Origin: Candidatus Woesearchaeota archaeon
Lineage (GTDB): Archaea > Nanobdellota > Nanobdellia > Pacearchaeales > GW2011-AR1
Direction: 5' to 3'
DNA length: 42,498 nt
NCBI GenBank assembly: GCA_964357505.1
Contig: CAYHLN010000002.1
Coordinates: forward strand, 1 to 42,498
Under the pieces are notes generated by a model, which saw nothing but the letters and a program-made list of their open reading frames with translations, did no database searches and had not been told where the DNA came from. Positions 1-6,649 of the stretch are shown piece after piece. Within the stretch, counting starts at the first letter, position 1. Each line of letters starts with the position of its first letter. Both the position numbers and the translations under genes were made by a program.

Positions 1-1290
1 AATTTCAATATGAATACTTGGGTCTTCTTTACCAACCTTACGCAGCACATCAATCAGCTTAGGCAGATCAGCAGATCGTACCACTTCAATCGACTTAGTG
101 ATAACGGGCTGGAAGATGTGCTTGATTTCTTCAAACGGTTGATCTTCTTGGGTAAGGATCGTGTCCCCAACCTCAGTATTGAGCCCAACAATAGCAAGAA
201 TATTACCTGCAGGTACCGCGTCAAGCTGCTTAGGCTTGATACCTTCATAGACAAGTACTTGCTGCACACGATATTTCTTCTTTTGCATCGTTGAGTAGAG
301 TTCCATACCATTGGTGATCGTCCCCGAATATAATCGTCCTGCATACACTTCCTTCCCAACACGTGGATCAATGATTACTCGCGTAACAACGAAGGCAACT
401 TTTCCATCTTTATTACAAGTCATCAGATCCTCACCAAGCTGTGAGTTAAGATCTCCCTTCCAGATCTTAGGAATACGATAGACCTGTGCATCAAGAGGGC
501 TCGGTAGGTGCTTAACGACCATATCCAAAATAACTTCATGCAATGGAGCATTCTTCCAGGTCCAGTCCTGTCGCTCTGCCTCTTCAAGTTCATAAATAGA
601 GTAAATGTCCTTGAAGCTAATGGCACGCTTCTTCATGTACGGCACCGAGAGCGCCCAATTCTCTCTCGCGGAGCCAAATGCAACGCTTCCATCCGCTACA
701 TTCACTTGCCACTTCTGCGCAAGTTCCGGTTCAGCAATCTCTTGTAGGAGCAAGTTAAACTTGCTGATAATCTTCATGAAACGCTCTTGCATTTGCTCGG
801 GCGTTACTTTCAACTCTTTGATCAGCCGATCCACTTTATTGATAAACAGCACAGGTTTGACACGCTCACGTAATGCTTGCTTCATAACTGTTTCAGTCTG
901 CGGCATGATCCCTTCAACTGCACATACAAGCACAACAGTACCATCAATCGCTCGCATTGCTCGAGTCACGTTACCTGAAAAGTCAACGTGGCCTGGCGTA
1001 TCAATCAAGTTAATTAAATATTCTTCCCCATGAAATTCGTGCGGCATGCTTACGTTTGCTGCATCTACGGTCATCAAGCGTTCTTGCTCGTCCTTATGTT
1101 GCCAGGTCGCCATGCCTTCTTCCAGGTCGCCGGCATTCTTATTCGACATCATGCCTGCAGCCGCAAGCAAATTATCAGTAAAAGCAGTTTTTCCGTGATG
1201 TATGTGCGCGCTCGTCGCTATATTACGAATGTTTTTCTGATTGCTCGTCATTCGATCAATCTTCTCAAGTCCTGTCTCTTTCTCTACCAT
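1..1290 (-). CDS. fusA: Translation elongation factor aEF-2, N-terminal 430 codons (C-terminus lies beyond the window edge)
   Basis: Reverse translation from the ATG at 1290-1288 gives MVEKETGLEKIDRMTSNQKNIRNIATSAHIHHGKTAFTDNLL...LINLIDTPGHVDFSGNVTRAMRAIDG...FINKVDRL. These are the G1 (AHxxHGKT), G3 (DTPGH) and G4 (NKxD) motifs of EF-2/EF-G. The frame stays open to position 1, which explains its absence from the complete-ORF track. Confidence 0.93.
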   Translation of the reverse strand, partial: MVEKETGLEKIDRMTSNQKNIRNIATSAHIHHGKTAFTDNLLAAAGMMSNKNAGDLEEGMATWQHKDEQERLMTVDAANVSMPHEFHGEEYLINLIDTPGHVDFSGNVTRAMRAIDGTVVLVCAVEGIMPQTETVMKQALRERVKPVLFINKVDRLIKELKVTPEQMQERFMKIISKFNLLLQEIAEPELAQKWQVNVADGSVAFGSARENWALSVPYMKKRAISFKDIYSIYELEEAERQDWTWKNAPLHEVILDMVVKHLPSPLDAQVYRIPKIWKGDLNSQLGEDLMTCNKDGKVAFVVTRVIIDPRVGKEVYAGRLYSGTITNGMELYSTMQKKKYRVQQVLVYEGIKPKQLDAVPAGNILAIVGLNTEVGDTILTQEDQPFEEIKHIFQPVITKSIEVVRSADLPKLIDVLRKVGKEDPSIHIEI

Positions 1291-1316
1291 CGTCAGTATA
1301 GCTTTGTGCGAAAGAG

Positions 1317-1329
1317 GCTTTTTAAATCT
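1317..1329 (-). promoter_or_regulatory. TATA-box-like promoter motif upstream of fusA (coding-strand AGATTTAAAAAGC)
   Basis: The plus-strand 13-mer gctttttaaatct is identical to the one upstream of rps12 (5792-5804). Its centre lies about 32 nt upstream of the fusA ATG. Confidence 0.45.
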
Positions 1330-1436
1330 TGCCGCTCATTTTTGACACATTGTCCGGAACATATTCAGCCGATACAGCACTAGATACATCAAACATCCCT
1401 AAGAAGAAAGGGGCCATAACGTGCCCGGTTAAGAAT

Positions 1437-1453
1437 AAAAAAAATAAAAAAAA
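1437..1453 (-). terminator. Oligo-T termination tract (T8-A-T8 on the minus strand)
   Basis: The plus strand reads A8-T-A8 about 20 nt downstream of the stop of the small minus-strand gene 1476-1619. Oligo-T tracts are the usual archaeal termination signal. Confidence 0.45.
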
Positions 1454-1475
1454 TAAAGATAAGGTATAGGCTACC

Positions 1476-1619
1476 TTACTTGCCACCCATCATACCGATG
1501 GAGCCTATAATTGCAAGAACTCCGCCGATTGCAGGCAACCAATAATTAGCGCCCCACCATTGACCAACTACTGCGATAATTCCGCCAACGAGGGTAAGCC
1601 ACATTTGCCATCCAGCCAT
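1476..1619 (-). CDS. Small hydrophobic protein (47 aa, two predicted TM segments, Gly/Trp rich)
   Basis: Translation is MAGWQMWLTLVGGIIAVVGQWWGANYWLPAIGGVLAIIGSIGMMGGK. A strong SD (AAAGGAGGTG) lies about 12 nt upstream of the ATG and an oligo-T tract follows. The ORF is below the track length cutoff. Confidence 0.6.
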   Translation of the reverse strand: MAGWQMWLTLVGGIIAVVGQWWGANYWLPAIGGVLAIIGSIGMMGGK

Positions 1620-1703
1620 TTTTTTTATTACACCTCCTTTTGAGTATGCTTATAGTAAGAAACGGTACTTAAAAAGGTTTCCCCGAATGTAATTAACACG
1701 AAC

Positions 1704-2669
1704 TTATGTATCAAGAAATATACCCTGAGGGGCAACATCTCCCTTAAGAATTTCAACATTTGTATAGATATCGTGTATCTCCATTCTTACTCCAAGCTCG
1801 TTTCTGAACTCAAGAAGGATCGTTCTCAAATCGTGCGAATTCTTCGCAATAACTCCAACATCTACATCCCACTGCTCATGTCCCAAATACTTGTAAAAAT
1901 AAAAAACCCTCGGGTGTGCTCGCAAAAAAGACTTTAGAACCTCATCAGCAAGCTCTACATCTAACTTAAGCTGCAAATTGTAAAGCTCGTAACCAAGTTT
2001 AGTCGCATCAATAGAAATCGTATATCCTTCAATCACCCCTAATTTTTCAAGATGCTTGATACGGTATTTTACTGCATTGGCACTGAGGTGTGTTTTAGAA
2101 GAAAGTTCAACATAATCCGCTCGCGCATCTTCAGAGAGCAAATGCAGTATTTTCTTATCTATGGCATTAAGTTTCACGAGAGACATATCCTTGGGGCGAA
2201 TCTTTCTATCACTTGCCCCAATAATCTTCGCCGGATAGATTTCCTGCTCTGTCGAACTGTTAGTAACCAAATAATTCTTGATATGGCGTCTTCCCTCCTG
2301 AAGAATTTCCTTAATGATGCTCTTTAAATGATTCTTATCTCTCGATAGAATATCAAAAGCCACATTCCACTTGCCCACCACTACTCCGACATACGTAACA
2401 AACGGATGGTTCGTAATAAATGAAAAGAATTCTTTTTCTTCTGCAAGACTGATGCCCTTTAACTGGATGCCACATCCATTTCTAAAATAACCGAGTTTTT
2501 CAAGATTAATAATGGGATAGAAATGGGCAATAATGTTTTGCTCCACAAGCTTACGAATGCGATACGCTACAACCTCTCTGCTCAATCCAACTTTCCTGCC
2601 CAGCTGGTTGAACGGCATTCGCGAATTCTTAAGCAACTCCGCAAGTATCTTTTCGTCTTTCTTATCCAT
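1704..2669 (-). CDS. Tandem (double) Lrp/AsnC-family transcriptional regulator, two HTH + RAM modules in one chain
   Basis: Module 1 reads DKKDEKILAELLKNSRMPFNQLGRKVGLSREVVAYRIRKLVEQNII. Module 2 reads DAIDKKILHLLSEDARADYVELSSKTHLSANAVKYRIKHLEKLGVI. Each is followed by about 80 aa with an Lrp effector-domain pattern (...LGY...). The 321 aa length is about twice a normal Lrp. Confidence 0.85.
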   Translation of the reverse strand: MDKKDEKILAELLKNSRMPFNQLGRKVGLSREVVAYRIRKLVEQNIIAHFYPIINLEKLGYFRNGCGIQLKGISLAEEKEFFSFITNHPFVTYVGVVVGKWNVAFDILSRDKNHLKSIIKEILQEGRRHIKNYLVTNSSTEQEIYPAKIIGASDRKIRPKDMSLVKLNAIDKKILHLLSEDARADYVELSSKTHLSANAVKYRIKHLEKLGVIEGYTISIDATKLGYELYNLQLKLDVELADEVLKSFLRAHPRVFYFYKYLGHEQWDVDVGVIAKNSHDLRTILLEFRNELGVRMEIHDIYTNVEILKGDVAPQGIFLDT

Positions 2670-2691
2670 AATTTACATTAATGATAAATGA

Positions 2692-2699
2692 TATATAAA
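2692..2699 (-). promoter_or_regulatory. TATA box (TTTATATA on the minus strand) for leaderless lrp-like gene
   Basis: The centre is about 26 nt upstream of the ATG at 2669. No SD is present. Confidence 0.5.
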
Positions 2700-2734
2700 T
2701 ATTTGCATAATAGTAAAATAATAAGCCCAAGATA

Positions 2735-2742
2735 TTATATAA
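2735..2742 (+). promoter_or_regulatory. TATA box (TTATATAA) for the leaderless four-gene operon
   Basis: The centre is about 26 nt upstream of the ATG at 2764. No SD is present. It is divergent from the lrp-like promoter in the same 94-nt AT-rich spacer. Confidence 0.5.
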
Positions 2743-2763
2743 GAGACAATTAACTACTTTTAC

Positions 2764-3480
2764 ATGACAGAAAGAAATACCCTAGATAATGCAATAGAGG
2801 ATGCCTATAGAGATAGCTGGCTCAAATATCGTATGGCTTATGCACCCACTCAGGAACTAAGGGCAATTATAGAAAAGGCAGAAAAAGAAGAATTAGATGA
2901 AGCTAAACGGAAAATTATAGAAAATTTTGCAGAAAATCATCAAGGCATAGCCGATGTGGTGAAGGGGAAGGCAACATTTTATTCTTATGGAGGACCAATT
3001 CTAGAACATGTAAAAAATGTTGAAGAACATTATGAGAAGAGAAGATTTGGTTTCGTATCAAGAAGGGCATTATGTGGCAGAGATAGTAATCTTCACACTT
3101 CACGAGCAGCAAGAGACGCTTTTAATTACCTAACAACAGAAAGAATAATCGACTCCGAGAGCTTCTTTACTCCTAAATTAGTTTATCCAGGATCGGCCAC
3201 ATTTGAAAGATGGGTAGAAAATACGATGGGCTATGTAGGAGGAGTTTTATTAGTCTCATCAGCCGTTGCATCAATCGGAGCTTGTAAGGGATATGTTTTG
3301 GGAGAGCAAGATGGAGCTTTCCTAGGGGCAGCTATAGGATTTCTTTTACCGAATCTTATTTTGGGTGTAGGGCTGCCTCTGATAAGTCAAAAATTCTCCC
3401 GGTGTAAAATCTCAAAACAGAGAGAAAGGTTTGAGGCGGCTTTGAAGAGTTTAGATTCTCATATAAGGGGAGATAAATAA
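2764..3480 (+). CDS. Hypothetical protein P1: about 170-aa helical soluble N-domain plus two Gly-rich TM helices (GxxxGxxxG glycine zipper GAFLGAAIG)
   Basis: This 238-aa ORF is the first gene of a coupled operon. Its C-terminus reads MGYVGGVLLVSSAVASIGACKGYVLGEQDGAFLGAAIGFLLPNLILGVGLPLI. I recognise no family motif. Confidence 0.7.
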   Translation: MTERNTLDNAIEDAYRDSWLKYRMAYAPTQELRAIIEKAEKEELDEAKRKIIENFAENHQGIADVVKGKATFYSYGGPILEHVKNVEEHYEKRRFGFVSRRALCGRDSNLHTSRAARDAFNYLTTERIIDSESFFTPKLVYPGSATFERWVENTMGYVGGVLLVSSAVASIGACKGYVLGEQDGAFLGAAIGFLLPNLILGVGLPLISQKFSRCKISKQRERFEAALKSLDSHIRGDK

Positions 3481-3481
3481 T

Positions 3482-3742
3482 ATGACAAGAGATAAACCAA
3501 GTGAATTAGAAGCTATTGGCCCCTTTATAGCACTTAGTCCGATACCTGCTACAGCAATAGGCTTTGTTTTTTCCACCAATGAAAGTATTGGCTATTCAAT
3601 CTTTTACAGCGCAGTGATAGCTTCGGTATACACTCTTATCGCTCTGGTTGGTCCTTTATGTGCGTATCAGGATGAGAAAGAAGCTTACGAAAACGAACGA
3701 AAACGTCGAAAAATATCCGTGCTAGAGGGAAAAATAAAATGA
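3482..3742 (+). CDS. Hypothetical small membrane protein P2 (86 aa, 2 TM, basic/acidic C-tail)
   Basis: It starts 1 nt after the P1 stop. An SD-like GGGGAG lies about 10 nt upstream. It shares a GPLC motif with P3 (LVGPLCAY). Confidence 0.65.
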   Translation: MTRDKPSELEAIGPFIALSPIPATAIGFVFSTNESIGYSIFYSAVIASVYTLIALVGPLCAYQDEKEAYENERKRRKISVLEGKIK

Positions 3743-4056
3743 CTCTTGAAAATGAGTTGCCTGAAAACAGAGTGTTCAGTTCAAGATTAGCATTTGCACT
3801 AAACAGATATCACGAAGTAAACAGGTTTCATCTTGAAAATGGAGCAGAATTACGTAGATCTCCTAACTTTGCAATAAAGGCAATTGGAATTCTTGGGCCA
3901 TTATGTCATATGGCCCTTGCGTATTCTCCGTTAGGACTCGTAGCAATATTAGTAGCAATGGAAGATGCTGAATATTCCGAAAAGAGAGGAGGTTACGTTG
4001 GCAGTACCTTCAATCTTGACAGAGATCCTACAGAAAGCAACGAGGCGGTACAATGA
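3739..4056 (+). CDS. Hypothetical small membrane protein P3 (105 aa, hydrophobic core ILGPLCHMALAYSPLGLVAILVAM)
   Basis: It overlaps P2 by ATGA. An SD-like GAGGGA lies upstream. Confidence 0.65.
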   Translation: MTLENELPENRVFSSRLAFALNRYHEVNRFHLENGAELRRSPNFAIKAIGILGPLCHMALAYSPLGLVAILVAMEDAEYSEKRGGYVGSTFNLDRDPTESNEAVQ

Positions 4057-4415
4057 ACAGAAAAACACAAAATCGCCTGCTAAATGGATCACTGTGGGCA
4101 ATTCCTTGTATGCTTATTGGATCTTACTGTTTTAATATAGGATTAAATGCGTATAGAATAAGTCAATATAGGCAGCTAGGCGAAGGATACAGTGTGCGCG
4201 AGACAGCCTCTGAAAGAATATTTACTCTTGGCAACGGACGCGGAGGTAGAGACTATAATAAAAACGGGACGCTCGATCAAGTTTTTGTGACAATGGCACT
4301 TTCTCCTATGATGGGCGGTCCAGGTTTTGCATCATGGCCGATTAAAACCACCGAAGACGACCTTAAGAGATTCGAACGGGCACATTATTTGCTCAATAAA
4401 AATAAGCAAAAATAA
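4053..4415 (+). CDS. Hypothetical protein P4 (120 aa, N-terminal signal-anchor, extracytoplasmic domain with a DxNxNGxLD Ca-binding-loop-like motif)
   Basis: It overlaps P3 by ATGA. An SD-like GAGGCGG lies upstream. The TM segment is LWAIPCMLIGSYCFNIGL and the motif is RDYNKNGTLDQ. Confidence 0.65.
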   Translation: MNRKTQNRLLNGSLWAIPCMLIGSYCFNIGLNAYRISQYRQLGEGYSVRETASERIFTLGNGRGGRDYNKNGTLDQVFVTMALSPMMGGPGFASWPIKTTEDDLKRFERAHYLLNKNKQK

Positions 4416-4427
4416 GACTATAAAAAA

Positions 4428-5024
4428 TTATCGCGCAGCGTCAGCTTGCTTCTCAGCGTCATTCTTTTTATTCATGGCAAAGCTTTCCATGTTACCTTCA
4501 GAGGCAAGCATAATCTCTCTTGCTAGACTGTCCGCCATTTTGGTTTTCTTACCAAATGACTTTTGATAGGAACCCTGTACGAACCATCTTGTTGCGATAT
4601 TAATGCGCCTCAACGGACTCACGTCTACTGCCTGCGGATAGCGAGCTCCACCATATTCAATAGTAGTCGTCTCATCTCGCGGAGAGGCAGTTTCAATTGC
4701 CTTTACCAACACCTGTAAAGGGTTCTGCTTGGTCTTGGCCTCAATAATGCGCAGCACATCCAAGATAGTCTTCATATTTCGATTATATTTGCCTGAAGAC
4801 CAAGACGTAATGATCTTTTGCTTCTTACCCAAATGTCCAGGCACGGCAAGATGATTTGCAAGCTTCTCAAGAATATGCACTTTTGCATTTCCAAACTTTC
4901 CGATAGCACGACCGTGGCTCTTCAAAATAAGTCGTGGTTCAACATTCAAGTACGGCTTTAATGCCAAATCACTAACAACAACATCTTTCGAATCGTAGAT
5001 ACCAAATAATTTTAGTTCCATCAT
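4428..5024 (-). CDS. rps7: 30S ribosomal protein S7 (uS7, archaeal type)
   Basis: The sequence contains LFGIYD...HGRAIGKFGNAKVHILEKLANHL...NPLQVLVKAIETASPRDETT..YGGARYPQAVDVSPLRRINIA. An SD GGTGGAG lies upstream. Confidence 0.95.
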   Translation of the reverse strand: MMELKLFGIYDSKDVVVSDLALKPYLNVEPRLILKSHGRAIGKFGNAKVHILEKLANHLAVPGHLGKKQKIITSWSSGKYNRNMKTILDVLRIIEAKTKQNPLQVLVKAIETASPRDETTTIEYGGARYPQAVDVSPLRRINIATRWFVQGSYQKSFGKKTKMADSLAREIMLASEGNMESFAMNKKNDAEKQADAAR

Positions 5025-5356
5025 GCTAAACGCTCCACCAAAAGTTTTACTGCTGCACCACGGCGCTGCTGATATGCTCGAAATGCGTTCGTACCGAATC
5101 CATCCCTATAGCGATTCTCCACGCCATCAATAAGCTCTCGTTCTCCCGCAGTTGGTCGTGCGAGATCAAAAAGCGCATAGCTTTCGTCAACAGCCATTCC
5201 TTCCCTAAGCTCAATGATCACTTCATCTGCATGCTCTTGATAAGAAGCGGTAATGCCTGCACGCTGAGCAGTTCTCCCCAGTTTGTCTACCAATCGTGCA
5301 CTCAAAGCCATAGGTACGCGAGCAGGTGCTTTAGCAGGAGCGTCAGACGTTATCAT
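5021..5356 (-). CDS. Hypothetical 111-aa protein with an N-terminal ribbon-helix-helix-like segment, inserted between rps12 and rps7
   Basis: The ORF shares 1 nt with the rps12 stop (TAATG) and 4 nt with the rps7 start (ATGA). The segment RVPMALSARLVDKLGRTAQRAGITASYQEHADEVIIEL fits the strand-helix-G.(S/T)-helix pattern of CopG/Arc/MetJ. It is Ala/Arg rich and looks more GC-rich than its neighbours by eye. Confidence 0.55.
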   Translation of the reverse strand: MITSDAPAKAPARVPMALSARLVDKLGRTAQRAGITASYQEHADEVIIELREGMAVDESYALFDLARPTAGERELIDGVENRYRDGFGTNAFRAYQQRRGAAVKLLVERLA

Positions 5357-5772
5357 TATCTTCTACCCTTCTCGATCTTACCCTTCACTAACAAGCGAAG
5401 TGGCTGATCATTTACTTTGATAACTTGATATCGAATTCCAGGAATATCTCCCTTGGTACCCCCATAAGCGCCACCAATGCGCTCGATAATCACTTCATCG
5501 TGTTCATCAACATATTTCTGGGCAAGGTTACCTGGAATAAATGCTCCAACAGAAATACCATTCTTAATCAACTGCACCTTGCAGCACTTTCTCATAGCAG
5601 AGTTTGGCTGTTTTGCTTCTTTTTGGAACTTACTTACAACAATACCTTTTGCCTGATGTGCTCCGTCGGCAGGATCGTATTTCTTCTTGGTGTCTTTTTT
5701 ACGGTAGTATTTCTGGCTCCATCTAAACTTACGAGCATCTTTTAATTTTTTTCGTGCATTCATTAAACCCAT
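5356..5772 (-). CDS. rps12: 30S ribosomal protein S12 (uS12, archaeal type)
   Basis: The sequence contains [25 protein letters not shown]...[13 protein letters not shown]...[15 protein letters not shown] place the start at the ATG at 5772 (MGLMNARKK). The track ORF begins at an upstream TTG at 5775. Confidence 0.95.
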   Translation of the reverse strand: MGLMNARKKLKDARKFRWSQKYYRKKDTKKKYDPADGAHQAKGIVVSKFQKEAKQPNSAMRKCCKVQLIKNGISVGAFIPGNLAQKYVDEHDEVIIERIGGAYGGTKGDIPGIRYQVIKVNDQPLRLLVKGKIEKGRR

Positions 5773-5791
5773 CAAGTCTTAGCGAAAACAT

Positions 5792-5804
5792 GCTTTTTAA
5801 ATCT
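5792..5804 (-). promoter_or_regulatory. TATA-box-like promoter for rps12 (same 13-mer as upstream of fusA)
   Basis: The plus strand reads gctttttaaatct. Its centre is about 26 nt upstream of the ATG at 5772, which is consistent with a leaderless transcript. Confidence 0.5.
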
Positions 5805-5858
5805 GTCGTCAAGAAATGTAAAGAGAAAGCTTAAAAGGGCATTCGAGGATTAAATAAG

Positions 5859-6221
5859 ATGGTTCATAGAAGAACGCCGCTTAAGGACGTAATTACTCGA
5901 TGTATGGAGGGTTACCCTGAGGCGCGACTTGACGAGCACCCATTCACTACGTGGATGTCAAAACCAAAGGCAGGGTATTCAATATCCCTAGGAGCAAGCA
6001 AGGAAAGAATCATTATAGCTGAAAGTAATTATGTCTGGCAAACAAATCAGGGAAAAAGACGAAGAGAAGCAACACTGTATGCTATGGCTACAACAAATGG
6101 AAGATCTCCAGAGGAGCTATTGCGTGATATTCATGGCACCCGAGAAAGAGAAGTCTGTGTCAGAGATATAGAGCAAATGGTAAGGGATTACCTGGAAAGA
6201 AACGCACAGGCATTTACCTAA
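5859..6221 (+). CDS. Hypothetical 120-aa protein encoded antisense to the flanking nusA and rps12
   Basis: It is the only ORF of at least 60 aa in the 442-nt gap between nusA and rps12. A TATA-like CTTAAAAG lies about 25 nt upstream and GAGGA about 10 nt upstream. Its stop overlaps the nusA stop by 4 nt. Confidence 0.5.
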   Translation: MVHRRTPLKDVITRCMEGYPEARLDEHPFTTWMSKPKAGYSISLGASKERIIIAESNYVWQTNQGKRRREATLYAMATTNGRSPEELLRDIHGTREREVCVRDIEQMVRDYLERNAQAFT

Positions 6222-6631
6222 ATAATTCTTAATGGCGTACCAAAATTATCCTGAACAATTTGCGCAAGTTCTTCCAATCGTTTCTTATTGCGCCCAATAA
6301 GAGCAGCTTTACTCTGGCTCCCCGCAGTCAAGACCAGCTGGCCGTCACGCATTTCAAGCGACTTAAACGTAACGGGCTCAACAATATCTTGCAAGAATCG
6401 CGCTACATCATCCATACCAGTAGACTCTGAAATAATCTTAACTCTCTTCCCTAACGTTAGTTGAATCTGCCGTACATTGCCGCCTTGTGGGCCAACAGCA
6501 CGCCCGATCATATCACGAGGTACAGCAAAGATAATAGTATTGTTATACGTAAAACACTTACTCGTTTTGACATGTGCCACTCTGCTTAAGAGGTTAATAT
6601 AACGCATGGTCTGCATGTCAATGGTAGCCAT
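6218..6631 (-). CDS. nusA: Archaeal NusA-like transcription termination/antitermination factor (two KH domains)
   Basis: The 137-aa size and the GxxG KH motifs (IGRAVGPQGGNVRQI and AALIGRNKKRLEEL) fit. It occupies the conserved position after rpoA. Confidence 0.88.
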   Translation of the reverse strand: MATIDMQTMRYINLLSRVAHVKTSKCFTYNNTIIFAVPRDMIGRAVGPQGGNVRQIQLTLGKRVKIISESTGMDDVARFLQDIVEPVTFKSLEMRDGQLVLTAGSQSKAALIGRNKKRLEELAQIVQDNFGTPLRII

Positions 6632-6649
6632 TAAGAAACAATCTCCATG

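Noticed and set aside
605-1383. Two plus-strand ORFs (142 and 117 aa) at the left end.
   Set aside because: They are antisense to the aEF-2 frame, which has the G1/G3/G4 GTPase motifs and is open to the window edge. The real gene is missing from the track only because it is partial.
5021-5356. The possibility that the ORF between rps12 and rps7 is a displaced ribosomal protein such as L30e or L7Ae.
   Set aside because: The sequence shows none of the L30e/L7Ae patterns. It fits an RHH N-terminus better. It is kept as hypothetical and reported as a finding.
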